DNA of 64,000 nt, from positions 1,757,599 to 1,821,598 of the forward strand of contig MU004190.1 of NCBI GenBank assembly GCA_010093605.1, written 5' to 3'. This document shows, piece by piece, positions 11,311-23,574 of this stretch; position 1 is the first letter of the stretch, and each line of letters starts with the position of its first letter. Below the pieces are notes generated by a model that did not search any database, had not been told where the DNA came from, and saw only the letters and a program-made list of their open reading frames with translations. This stretch comes from Lophium mytilinum. Lineage: Eukaryota. A program made the translations under genes and the position numbers.

Positions 11311-11737
11311 GTTGCGAGGAATCCAGCCAGCCAAAGCGTAGTTCAATATGTAACACCCGAACGAGACGATGAAGCCCCGGATTGGTTCTCCGTCTGGGAC
11401 GTACATGATGCTGTACCCACCTCCTAGACGGCAAAGTCACTACTGGTCTACATGCAGAATCATCACGCAAGAGTTGTATTTGCGCAATCTTGTATCGTCA
11501 GAGTTCAGGCGTTGTCGGAATTCCACTGCCTTCATAATCCGTCAGCACTGGATCAGTAAACATCACCTCGGACCCTGCACAACCACAATTATCGTATATT
11601 GTCAACTTCCGCCACGAGCCGCCTTACTCAGACTTCTATACAGATGTCGTTCAATACTTAAAGAGCGCCTTCTTGAGAAATTGTAACAGGCATCGCATAT
11701 GTTCCAAAAGTCTCAGGTCAGAAGACATCTAAGTAAA

Positions 11738-12739
11738 ATGCATTTCCTGACAGCAATACTCTTCTGTAAGCCAACCCTCACGTCTTTCTACTCAGCAACA
11801 TCAGCTAATGGTTCCATTTGAATAGCTTTCTCAGTTCTTAATTTGTCTTCTGCATTTCCTCATCACGATCTGCCAAATCACCCCAGCCCTGCCGGCGAAG
11901 ACATTGCTATCACCAACGGCAACGTCACCCTCCACTACACCAAGTACGGCCGCGGACCCCTCCTAATTTTCGTCCATGGCTTTCCCGATCACGCCGACAC
12001 CTGGGCTACCTTCCAAGTCCCCTTCTTCGCTCGCACCCACACCGTCCTTACCCCCTATCTACGCGGCTACCCTCCGTCCTCGGTCCCCGCCGACGTATCC
12101 GCCTACTCCTCCGCTAACTTCGTGTCTGATCTCCTCGCTATCCTGGACCACGAAAAGGCCGAGAAAGCGTCCATCGTCGGCCACGACGTCGGTGGCGGGG
12201 TCGTGCAGTACTTCGCGCTCGCGCATCCAGAACGCGTAGAAGCGCTAGTTCTCGTGAACACCGTCGTGCTGCCGAACTTTGTGCGCCTAATCGAATTCGA
12301 CCCTGACCAAGAGTATCGCGCCAAGTACACCATCGCGCTCGAAGCGTACCATGCTGGGGATCCGGTGCCACAGCAGGTGTTCGACATCCTCGCAAGTATC
12401 CGGAATGAGACGTATCGCGCTGAGGTCACCAAATACATAGAGAAGGGCCCGATTGACGGGATGCTGCACTTTTACAATGACAATTACCCGGAACCGCCGT
12501 ATGGGAAGAATATCAGCACGGCGGGGATGGTGGAGAAGGTGCCGACGTTGATTGTGTGGGGGACTGATGATCAGTATTTTAGTCCGAAGAATTACGATGG
12601 GTTGGCGGGGTGGTTTGAGAAGGGGGTAAGGTTGGTGACGGTGCCTGGGGCGAGTCATTGGAGCTTCAGGGATCAGCCGGAGAAGTTCAATGTGGAGGTT
12701 GATGGGTTTTTGAGGACGGTGGGCGAATTGAGGGGGTAG
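11738..12739 (+). CDS. Secreted alpha/beta hydrolase (epoxide-hydrolase-like), 2 exons, 313 aa
   Basis: Exon 11738-11765, intron 11766-11825 (GTAAGC...GCTAAT...TAG), exon 11826-12739. Splicing yields the signal-peptide-like MHFLTAILFSFSVLNLSSA. HGFP oxyanion motif, GHDVGG nucleophile elbow (Asp), candidate catalytic His in ASHW. Confidence 0.88.
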
Positions 12740-12756
12740 GTAGGGGGCAATGTTGA

Positions 12757-13445
12757 GGTCAAAGCAGTGCAGATTGGACTTCATCTTGACTAATTGGCTA
12801 TTTGGTAGACAGCCCACCCCTTGCGGTGGTGTCCAGTAAGCAATACTTAAGATAATCAGCGATAAATTTGTGTGCCTAGACACTTAGTTATATACTATAG
12901 AGATTATAACCTTTAAGTTAGCCGCTTATCGCCACTGCTTAGGGTACCCCCACAGAAGTTCAGAGATCTAAAGGCGATGTTAAGTTTCAAACAGTGTACA
13001 TTAGAAAGCCTCTTAACCTAATAGCTGTTCGGCACGCAGGCCACCCCTTATAGTGGCGTGAAGTAAGCAAGAGTTGAGCTAGATTATTATAAATCTGTGT
13101 GCCTAGACACTTAGTTATAACCTTTAAGTTGGCCGCTTGTCGCTACTGCTTAGGGTACCCCCACAGGAATTTAACAATCTGAAAACGATGTCAAGTTCTA
13201 AACAGTATAGATTAGAAAGCCTCTTGACCAATTGGCTGTTTGGCACGCAGGCAACCCCCTACAGTGGTGTTAAGTAAGCAAGATTCGAGCCAGGTAGTGA
13301 TAACTCCGTTTGTTTAGCACTTGGATCCACTTCTGTACTTGCATTAATCCGTACATTGCAAATTAGACTACCTCTTAACCGCATACCTGCTCAGTAGCCA
13401 GGTGACCACTTACAGTGGCGTCAAGTCAGCAAGAATAAAGCGGTA
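12757..13445 (+). repeat. Array 4 of the palindromic-core repeat family (4 units)
   Basis: Full cores at 12932-13056 and 13143-13267 with near-identical leaders (TGTGTGCCTAGACACTTAGTTATA...ACCTTTAAGTT). One-arm units anchored at 12826 and 13415, the latter 151 bp after the previous right arm. Confidence 0.9.
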
Positions 13446-13665
13446 GCAGCTAGTATCACAACGTACTCCTACTATAGATACTGAGAAAATGATTACCTAG
13501 TCTCACGCTCTTTCGCAGAGAGAAATGATATATTGAGCTGACATCCTCACGAGACGCATCTACATTGCCGTTCCGCATAGTTCTCGATTTGTTATGCGGC
13601 TGGAATAGCGTTCAGTTCCTAGCATCGAAGTACAGGGACAGAGTCTAGATCTGTGCATTTTCATT

Positions 13666-13850
13666 GCCACTGCTAGAGGCGCCCCCGTAACGTTTCCAGA
13701 GTGTAAAAGAGGCGTCATATTTCATACAACGGAGTCCGTGCTGCTTTTTTATTGGCCAATTTCCTAGCGACCGGGCTGCTCCTGACGGCGGTATCAAGCT
13801 TCCAAAAGTGATGCTGAAGAAGTTGTGCCTATATGCGAAGACCTATAGCA
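13666..13850 (+). repeat. Diverged single unit of the palindromic-core repeat (array-2 subtype)
   Basis: CCACTGCTAGAGGCGCCCC at 13667 through GCTCCTGACGGCGG ending 13791 (125 bp core). Confidence 0.7.
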
Positions 13851-13965
13851 ATAGAATCGTACTATTTAGGTCTTTCTGTAACTTTAACAAACATCACAAC
13901 CTTAAACTCGTAGCAGTTCCCTAGCAATCTTCTCACCCCTTCATACCTATCGCTCACCCTACGTA

Positions 13966-14596
13966 TCAACCACTCTCATCCCCGCCCGCAAGCCTCGGTA
14001 CCCACCCCACCTCATTCCCCTTTCTATACACCTCCACCACGGGTTTACTGCCCCAGAACCCCTCCTGCCCATCTTTGACGACCGTCCCCATCTTCACATA
14101 TCTCGTTTCAGTATCTGGCCCCGTCTCGCACTGCGTCCAGCACGTCGATCCGCAGACATTGCAAAAGTTTCGTAAAGATGGGTGGCCTGATTCCTGCAGT
14201 GGTCCCTCGGTGCGGTAGACGGTAACGGATGCCGGTGGGGAGAGGAGGCGGAAGGAGGAGGCAGGGATGCAGGCGTTGTAGCTGAAGACAGAGCCGGAGG
14301 AAATTTGGCATTTGGCGCAGTGGCAGAGGGCCTGGGGCGTGTTAGTCGGGAGAGGGACGAAGGGCTGCAGTGGGGAGGGGATGATGAGAGAATGGGAGGG
14401 GAAATGGAATGAGAATAGGGAGAGACTACGAAGGAAAAAAGCACGAAGATGGAAAGAGTAGGGAAACGGCGAGAGAGCAGGAAGGCAGAGAGATAAAAAC
14501 GATGATAGAAAAGAGACATACGATGACCCACTCCCCGGCGTCGAATTCGTATTTGAGGGCGCCGCAGAGGCATTTTCCAGAGATTGAGTTAGACAT
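13966..14596 (-). CDS. GFA/Mss4-like (CENP-V/GFA) zinc-binding protein, 2 exons, 146 aa
   Basis: Exon 14596-14522 (MSNSISGKCLCGALKYEF...), intron 14521-14332 (GTATGT...ACTAAC...CAG), exon 14331-13966 with ALCHCAKCQ and RNFCNVCGS. This gives the CxC, CxCxxC and FCxxCG pattern of GFA proteins. Confidence 0.85.
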
Positions 14597-15133
14597 TGTA
14601 TGGAAAGAGATGGTCTTTTAGAGATGAGTCCAGAGGGAACCACGGAAGGGAATTGGTACAGCTTAAGTAGCATCGATTGATAGTATGTTACTGACGTGGT
14701 GTCAGCACGAGGGGCGCCTGAGGATCAGCGGTACTTGAATGGGGAGCGGACTCGGGTCTCCTCTACCCCGCTGTATTGGAGTTCTATCGGGTCTCCATGA
14801 GGAAGTGCGAGCATTGCGTATTCTCTCAAGAGGCAGGTATAGCTGCAGGGGCGAGGACGCGGTGAAATGCTGTGGCTAGTAGGTATGGAAGCTGTGGCTG
14901 TGGATTAAGTGGGGCTCTTCCCCGGCGAACACGAGGTCTCATTGGCTGCTTGTTACACTTCACCTCTTTCAATGAACCTTAAGCCTTCAACCTCACCACA
15001 CTCCCTCATTACCGGCGAGAGCTGTCCTTTACCAGACGCGCAAGACAGGTAAGCTTTCTGGGGGTGTCCATCATCTTACAAAGTTACTGACGAAGGGGTT
15101 TATCAAGCCTAGCGCGCTGCCAATACGTGGGAG

Positions 15134-15878
15134 ATGGAGGCTCATCGAAAGAAATCGACCATACCTACGTACGCCACCCACATTCTATAGTTTAATATCG
15201 CATGCTAACAGTTAAAGCTATGGCGAGGGTCTGAAGGTCCTTGTTGGCCCGGAGGAGGTGCCATTCTTCGTTCACGAGGGACCGATACGAGCTTCGTCCA
15301 AGTTCTTCGACAATGCGATGAAAGGCCCTTGGAACGAGTCAACAGAGCGTTGCGTGCGCTTGAGAGACGATGACCCGGAGATCTTTTCCATCTACCAGCA
15401 TTGGCTTTACAGCCAGACTCTCTCTACGCGAAAAGATGTCGGAGGACTCGAAGCGGATGAACAGAACCAAGTGAACGAGTATGACGTAGCACGCAAAACA
15501 TATAGCGCTCTCTGCGACGCCTATTGTCTTGGAGAGAAGCTCATGGATGACAACTTCAAGAACACGGCTATCGACGCCATCATCCAGCGGAGATCCTCCT
15601 CAAGCGGCGGTACCGTTTGGGCCCCGGGTGGCGATGTAATAGCCAAGGCCTATAAGGGCACGCCTGAAGGCTCACTTCTCCGCAAACTCCTTGTGGACTT
15701 CTTCGCTTACCGCGCAACAACATCTTGGTGGTACAATATCAAAGACCTAGTCCCCGAGGAGTTTATATCGGAACTATGCTTGGCCCTTCTTGAGATTAGA
15801 CCTCGCGTTGGCACTGGTATCCCATGGACAGACCCGGTCAAGGTCAAGAGCCTGTACCACACCCACCCCAAGAAATAG
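15134..15878 (+). CDS. BTB/POZ-domain protein, 2 exons
   Basis: Exon 15134-15168, intron 15169-15217 (GTACGC...GCTAAC...AAG), exon 15218-15878: KVLVGPEEVPFFVHEGPIRASSKFFDNAMKGPWNES...LRDDDPEIFSIYQHWLY, a typical fungal BTB pattern. Confidence 0.85.
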
Positions 15879-18800
15879 GGTTCGGGGCCAAATGTTGAAT
15901 GGATCGACGAAATCAGGGGAGAGTACAGTACATAACTGCAACCTCCATATAACTGCTTGCTACAATGCCTCGAGACTCCCCGCGAAGATGAAATGCTTGA
16001 TAACTACGTGAGACGTAAAGCAATTGAACTGAACAAGGAACTGAAATCGACAAAGAACACGAGAAACTTAATCGCAAGTCATGAGTCTGGACACAGAAAA
16101 CGCTCTCCACTTAAGTGCCACTTTTCCTTGCTGGACGCTATTGTTAGGAGTAGCCCGGCGGCCAGTCCTGCCAATGAGAAAAGTGTTAACCGAAATCACA
16201 TCCAGATCCTCAAAACTATATTCGGCAACATGCAGTGCTAACCAAGTGCGCGCAGATTTCTGCCAGGAAACCGACCACTCCAGCAAGCGATGGGGATCCG
16301 GTATACGTACCTCAACATCAACCGCAGTCCAAAGACCTCCCCAATCCCATCCCATCCTATTTTCAGAAACGACGTTGGTTCCCCTGAGCCGACAAGCAAC
16401 CCTACGCGGATCTCCTCACCCCTGAATGTAAATATAGACCGAAACATTCGCCCATCTAGCTTGTCTCCATCGCGATTCTCTTGGCAAGAATGGCAGAAAA
16501 GGGCGCTGTGGTTCGCTGAAGTAGTTCGCGCGGTTGGTGTAGGAGGATGAAACATGCGATGTGTGCCTCAGCCACCTCCATAGCGCGCCTATATTTGGAG
16601 ACAGTTTGCCTGATCGGGGTAGTGTCACGTGCCGATAAGCCAGGCCCGCCAGTGTTGGATGGGGAGATGAGACATCGTAAATTGACCAGTTGAGTTGTCT
16701 TTTTCTGCTAGTTCCAAGGCGTGCTTCCTCTCCCTCTTTCTTGCCGAAGGTTGATGGTGGTGGCAGTGCCAGATCACGTGCACCCAGCCCCGGCTCTCCC
16801 AAACCCGTCCCGCTGTCATCCAGCCACCACCTGCAGCTGTCATCCGTCAGCCAAGCTCTCCACAACCTCCGCAACACCAAACCTGTATCCCCATCATCCT
16901 CAGCCAACGGCACAGCTTCCTCGTCCCGCCAATCGCCATGCCTTTTTCTGCCAAAAGCTGAAACGCGCGGAGCCGATGCGTCCGGCTGCCGTGTGCGGCC
17001 ACGTCGTCGTCGAGTGGAAAGCAGGGTCATATCGCAACAGGCCGAGCTAGTTGCGATAGACGACGGCATCATGGAACTCCTAGCGAGGACGCTGCACCGG
17101 AGCGGCTGATAGACGGTGCCCAAACCTCAAAGCGCAACGATTTCCTCGACCGCGGCAGTTAGTTCCGCTTCATTGCGGATGGGTGGTCGCTGTATTGCTG
17201 CCAGACACCTCAGCGCGACCCACGGGCGAAGGCTGGGGTCGCCTCACCAAGTCCATCCGCCAGAGTTCTGCCAGCAGGGTCAGCCAGGTGACTTCGCGGC
17301 GTCATCCTGCCTTCAATCCGCCAGGAAAGGACGATTGCCGCGCAGATCGTCGCTTGGAGTCGCTTACCAGCACTTGCCGAGCCCATATCAAGACCATGGC
17401 GGGGGAGCATCACTAGATTTCCAGGGTTGCAAACCGGGTTCGTGCTGGTAGAGGTGGTGCTGGCTGAAGGACCGGTGAAGCGCGCGCCCAATGCCCGTTA
17501 CGCCGACTTATCCGCCGCGAGCGGGTGATCTGGTGCTGGCGAACCTCCCATCTTACTTACATGGCAGAATTCCGGGGCGTGCGCAAGGTACCTCCCGGCT
17601 AGATGAGGGTTTTATGGAACCCGGTTTGGGATTATGGTGGCTAGGAGGGCAGGATGCGGCTCGTGAGGCGCTGAGTTGTCAACGCGCGGTGGCTAGATGG
17701 GGACGTGTCGGGTCCACTTGGGAAGAGACGGTGGGTGGAATTGGGTAAGGGCGCCGTTGCGAATTGTGGAGAGGAGGGTTTGGATGGCGTTGTTGAGATT
17801 GCCCATGGGGATTGCAATCGCTGTCCTGACCGGAGGTGAGCTATCAATTTCAAAGCTCATTGAGTTGGCTTATAGGTTTCTGTGCCTGTCCATCAAATGG
17901 CAATGGTTTCACACCAGCTACAATCACACACTATCGCGATTCTCGAGTCCTAGGTGTTTTGTAAGCTCAATTGGGCGTCGATGTCGACTTCGGAAACGGC
18001 CGAGGCACGAACAGCACACAGTACAGATTCGCCACCGTCTAAACTCCGTATGGATATTGATCAACAAACCAGCACTTAGTAAACACAAGGCCGCTATCAC
18101 GACCTCCGGCCCTGGTGCCTGACCATATGCACCAGCGGACTTGAAACTGACTGGGCATGGCGTGGAGCCCAACCCAACGCCGCGTCTACCCTCTGGGTAT
18201 AGCTACGTGTTCTTTCGATCGGCGTTCCTTCGCGTGGTGATATTCAGCCGGACAGTTCGGTCCACTTTTGCAGCCTCACAAAATTCGGGATGAGGAACCT
18301 ATAGTATGTGGAGGTGCGGAGGTGGCGAACTTGGGGTGGCGTGGGGAGAGATACTGGAGGATGTAGTGCAGCGCAATATCATTCATCGCTTTTCATCCGT
18401 AAATGGCAATATATCCTCACCTTTCCAACATAGGCTAAATGATGACAAAGGCCGCCATACTCTATACTGGACTTGTGTGAGCAGCCGCCTAGGGAATAAC
18501 CTGAGAGGTGCAATATCGTACTCTTTTGCATCACCTTGGCCCTTCCAGTCCCAGTTCCACGATGTGAGAATGCCTGACTGTCTGGCGCGGTTGCTTTGGA
18601 CGCCTTCAACGCCATGATCAGCGCTGGCATCAAGGAAACAAGCCCAAATACCCCAGCATGTTCCATCCTCAGGACATGTACTCCTCCTTGCGATCCGTCT
18701 CTCAAGATATCACACGGTTCCTTGCGATGAAGTGCTCGAAACCATGCACGAGCAGTTCTAAGACTCATCCTACATCCTCAACCTCAACCTCTCGATTGCA

Positions 18801-19751
18801 GACACCGAGTCACGATAAGCTAAGAGACACTGCACTCATGGTTCAACTTCGATAGCTATCTACCTAAGTAGTCTATCACATATCACCTTATCCTTTCTGC
18901 ACTCTCTCTGATTCCCGTATCACACAGTGCAAAACCCTCCAACCCTCAATTCTGCCTGACCATCTCCAGATCCCACCCTCCTACCTCCGTCTCGAACAGC
19001 CTACTACGGATCACCGCATCCATCCATTCACCCTCCCTCGAATCATCTCACCACCTATCCCCAACGCCAATTCAGACTCACGATTCTGCCTGGCCACTAT
19101 ACCACCCCGCAGCGCCGCAGCCTAGCACCCTCGACATCCAACCAGCCCCTCGGGTCCCGCTGAGGCCAGGCCGCTCAGCCACTCAGAGCGGGGTCAATTC
19201 ATGACTCCAATCGAAAATGCTGGGTGGGCTGGATGGGCGGCGGGGTGGGGTTACCGATTTTTGCACACCATGATGCCCCTCTATCGATAATTGCACACCC
19301 CAACAAGGCAGCTTCGATCATCGCACAAACGGGGCTGAGATCTCCCTCAATTCCACAACATCGTGGGCTGACAAGCACGACCCCGACCCACCCACCCGCC
19401 CGCGCGCGCGTGGTAAGTGTAGGAGTCAATGATTCCACAGCGCCGCGGTAGGCGGGCGTCAAGTCGCGCGTGTGGTACGGCATCGAGATGCGTGTCAATG
19501 GCATGGCGGGAGGTACAAGGCGCGCAAGTCTTCAGGTGGTGCGCGGGTGCGTAATTCTCCTGTCGCACCGTAGTGCGCAATCGCGTAAAGCAAAACCCTC
19601 CTACCTCCCACCACCGCTCCCCTCCCCTCCACCCGTTCCAATTCTCCAGCTCAGCTCGTCCAGTCTTGACCGGAGCATATAAGTGGCGTCGTTAAGCATC
19701 AGCACCAGCACCACTATCCCGCCGCGCCGCGACGCCGCCGCTGCAGTCATA

Positions 19752-21464
19752 CAAAGGGTGCGGCTCGGAGCACAATCACAAACCAATGGCTGAGGGGTCC
19801 GAGCGCGGCAGAATTGTAGCCAATCAATCAAACACGCTTATAAGGCGGTGAAGGCCTTAACCACTATTTTAAGTCGTGATTTCCCCTTTTTTAATATAAA
19901 CAATGCCTTAACACCACACCAGAGGGCGCTCTACCGGGGCCCTAGATATTCTAATTGCTATAAAAGTAGCTATTATTACTATAAGAGTATTCTATAATAT
20001 TTCTTACCTTAAATTAGAGTAGAAAATTAGTATAAACTACTCTATATATATTAAAATCTTTAACTAGGCTAAAGAGAATACTAGAAATAAGGATTTTTAT
20101 AACCTTTTAGCTACTTTATTACCTAAATCTAAGCGCCTAGGTAGATAGCTAAAGATTAAGAAAGATAGTAAGTTATTCTATAAGATTTACTAAAATATAC
20201 TATACTAGGATAAATATAGCTTTAAGAAAGCTACTATACTAGCACTTTATAAGTATAGAGTAATAGTAGCTAGATTATTAATTAAATATATTATCTACTA
20301 GTATATAGATTCTCTCTACTAGATACTAATTATATATAGAATTAGGCCTAGAAAGCCGGCACTTAATATAGTATAGAAAGATACTAGATTTAATTACTAT
20401 ATCTAGCTATAAGATCTTATTAAAAGAACCTAAAAAAAAGTTATTATTATCTATTTAGATAAATTACTAAAGTAATTTAGACCGGGCTAGGCTAGTAAAG
20501 GTAAAGCTAGAGTCTCTAGGCTAAAGAGAGAAGATACTAATAAGTATATAATAGCCTAAAAGAGCCCTAAGTTCTTCTTTTCTTTTTAGAGTACTATATA
20601 CTTAAATAATTATATTCTAAGGCTATATATTATATAGAAGCTAGAGTCTTAAGAGTAGAAGAATACTTTTAAGAAAAAGCTTATTAAAGATAATAAGAAT
20701 ATAAAGAAAAGGGCTAAAAGGTACTAAAGAAATACTAAGATTTAGAGGATAATAGAGTATAACTATATAAAGAAGGTAAATAATAAAATTAGAGAAGATA
20801 ATAAGCGCCTTAAATAATAAGAAATTTAAAAGGGATAGTAGTATAAGTATAGGCCTAATTAGAAGTATAAGTATAAGATTTTTACCTAAGAAAAAGAAAA
20901 GAGAATAGATATAGCTTAGTATGCTAATAATATTCTAAAGCTATTATTTTATTCTTACTATTTTACTATATAAGAAGTAAACCTAGATAAAGAGATTTAG
21001 CTAATTAAGAATAATATCTCTCTTTACTATTCTACTTAAAGGAAACTATTATACCTCTTTTTATAGATTAAATTTATAGACTACCTAGCTTTCTTCTCTA
21101 ATTTATACCTAATTAAGTAAGTCTTTAGAAGGATAAACTATTCTATAAAGCTCTATAACTACTAGAGTGCTAGTAAGTAAGTAAAAGATAAAGCTAGATA
21201 GTTTCTACTTAATCTATAGAGAAAGGATAAATAAATAAATAAATATATTATTAGCTAAGTAAAAAATAGTACCTTTCTAGACCTTATATATAAGTATAAA
21301 TTAGTAGATAGAAATAATAACTTTATAGGATAATAGCGCACTTTATTTAGTGTATTATTATATAGAATTAAATAAGTTGTAGTACTTTAAACGTAGAGGA
21401 AGCACCTTAGTATTCCTACCCCTGCGCTTACGTAATGTGATTGTGCTCCGCGCCGCACCCTTTG
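19752..21464 (+). mobile_element. RIP-inactivated Tc1/mariner DNA transposon, 1713 bp
   Basis: 29 bp TIRs (CAAAGGGTGCGGC[T/G]CGGAGCACAATCACA at 19752-19780 and 21436-21464, one mismatch) flanked by TA duplications (19750-51, 21465-66). The interior is extremely AT/TpA-rich with no ORF. A probable relic of the WPA.SPDL.PIE motif lies near 21080-21120. Confidence 0.93.
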
Positions 21465-21689
21465 TAGTGTCAAGCTGCAGGAAACAAATCTAAGGCCACC
21501 CGCTAGCTAAGGCAGCTAGGCAGCAAGTCGAGACCGCCGCTTCTAGGAGGTTGTGATTGGGCAATTGCGATGACTCTACCCTTCGCGCGCGAGGTGGGAT
21601 GCGATGGAGGGGTAGATTTCGAGATTGAGTCATGGAGGGGCAGCAGGCAGGGCGACGATCTCGGACTTCGGGAGGCGAATCTCACAGGC

Positions 21690-22030
21690 CTGGAGATCGG
21701 GTTCGTGCGGGTGGTGTTCGTCGTATTCGGATTGGCTTTCAGGTAGTAGGAACCTTGGAATAATAGGATGGGGGAATTGGAGCTGCGTAGGTAGTGAGGG
21801 TAGTGCCCACCCTGCCACCCGAGCGGAGATCAACCGTGTTCGCATGCTCCCGTGGAGCTACCAGGGGAGTCGTATTCGGATTGGGTCCTAGCGATGCTAG
21901 ACATGTAGTAATGACGGAGATTCTTAAGGCACAGGCGAATATCATCGTGCGCGAACTCCTCGATCATCGTGTTCGCATATCCCACTCGCATGCTCCCAAC
22001 GAGCCTAATAGCGTCGTATTCGGATCCCCA
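21690..22030. repeat. Three degenerate ~145-150 bp tandem units
   Basis: GTCGTATTCGGAT at ~21720, ~21869 and ~22013, each preceded by GATC...GTTCG; CGCATGCTCCC recurs in two units. Confidence 0.55.
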
Positions 22031-22842
22031 AATTATGGCAGAAACCCGTTCTACGATTCGTAGGTTTGCGATCTTAGCATTGCAGGTGTAAATTTAGGAG
22101 CATTAATCGCGCGGTCAGAGAAGCATCACGCATTAATCGGACTATTTCCGTGCATGTTTCGTGCCAGTGCCATGTCGGCGGGTAGCTTGTTTGAGCTCCC
22201 ACGCTGTGACGGCGCGTGAGTTTCCGTCGACTATCACTCAGCACACGGGCGGCTACGCATGTTCGCACAGTTATGCTGTGAGGGTTGTTCGTAGTCGTTG
22301 TTTCAGCGTTATGGTCAGAACTACATTATCGGGTGGGAAGGTTGTCACAAGGCGAGATTCACGAGACAGAGAAGAGATGGTACTTGGTTCAAACAGTTCC
22401 TCAGAGTTAATTCAATAAAGCAAAAGATGTGGTAGACTGCGGACAAAGCCTGCAAGTCTGAAGTCCCAATATCCGAGCCCGCAATGGGCTATCCCTTCCT
22501 CCCATTTCATTCCCGGGTGACCTCAACGCCGTCACGGCGGAGTATCTCTCCCTCCCTCCTCCCATTCCCCGTCAGGCCCGCCTATTTCTAGGCGCAAGCC
22601 TAAGACTCTTATCCAAAAAGCAATGCTTTTCCAGAAAGCACATCGTACCGGCGTTTTCAAACGCTCGAATAGCTAGATGCAGGAGTGCAAGCAAAATGCG
22701 AGAGGATTTTGTGCGGCCCGGGAAAGTTCCCGGGGCGGGTGAGGCGGTGGTGGTGGCGTGTGTCCTGGATGGATGTGTGGGGTGTTCGTGTAGCGCTACA
22801 TAAATGCAATGAACAAAGCACGTATAGCGAAAGTCAGGCCGT

Positions 22843-23574
22843 TCAGCTGTAGTAGCCGGAGAGGCGGTGCTCGCGGATGTCCCGCTTCGACGGTTCCCGC
22901 ACTTCGACGTTGTAGCGGACGGAGTCGCGGCGCTGCTGCTCCAGATCGGAGGCGTAGAGCGAGCCGCGCTTGGAGTGGGAGACTTCGGTGGTGACCTTGG
23001 CTTTCTGCTGGACTGCGGCGGCTTGCGTGGGCCAGTCGACGATCTCGCCGGAGCGTGGGCGGTGGACCTTGACGGTCTTGGAGGCTTGAGCGATCTTGAC
23101 GGAGCGGGACCGGTCTGGTAGGGGAATGCGGGCTGAAACGTAGTAGGTCTTGTCCATGGACACGAACGGGCGCCTCGATCGGTGGCGGAGGGAGCGCTCG
23201 ATAGCCTTCAATAGTCCTCGTACTTCGTCGTAGCCGGATGGGATCTCGACTCGTACGACCTTGTGGTCTTCTTTCTCGGTAGCGAAGCTCTCGCCCTCGG
23301 CGTTGATGTAGAGAAAGTGGGCAACGTCCTGTGCCAGGCGGTGGCCGACGTCGCAGAGCTGATCGTGGGATCGGTGCACCTCATAGGGGTTGTGGCAGTA
23401 GGCACACTTGCGGGCGTGGCTCTCGAAGTTGTAGGCGGCCCAGGACTCGGCGCTGTTGACAGGACGGAGGACGCTGGTCACGGGCTCAGACGGGAAGCCT
23501 ACGCGGGCCTCCTTCTTGGAGTCCTTGGGGTGGATGACGGTAGGCATGGTGGACGAGCGGGAGAAAGACGGCAT
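22843..23574 (-). CDS. Conserved-looking fungal hypothetical protein with a Cys/His cluster, 243 aa
   Basis: Intronless ORF from the ATG at 23574 with strong GC3 codon bias. FESHARKCAYCHNPYEVH...LCDVGHRLAQDV is a possible zinc-binding motif. Confidence 0.8.
   Translation of the reverse strand: MPSFSRSSTMPTVIHPKDSKKEARVGFPSEPVTSVLRPVNSAESWAAYNFESHARKCAYCHNPYEVHRSHDQLCDVGHRLAQDVAHFLYINAEGESFATEKEDHKVVRVEIPSGYDEVRGLLKAIERSLRHRSRRPFVSMDKTYYVSARIPLPDRSRSVKIAQASKTVKVHRPRSGEIVDWPTQAAAVQQKAKVTTEVSHSKRGSLYASDLEQQRRDSVRYNVEVREPSKRDIREHRLSGYYS

Noticed and set aside
16000..19700. Numerous 70-235 aa ORFs on both strands
   Set aside because: Overlapping, non-ATG or low-complexity, with no recognisable motif. 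A decayed gene at ~16.7-17.9 kb is possible, but I could not build a model.
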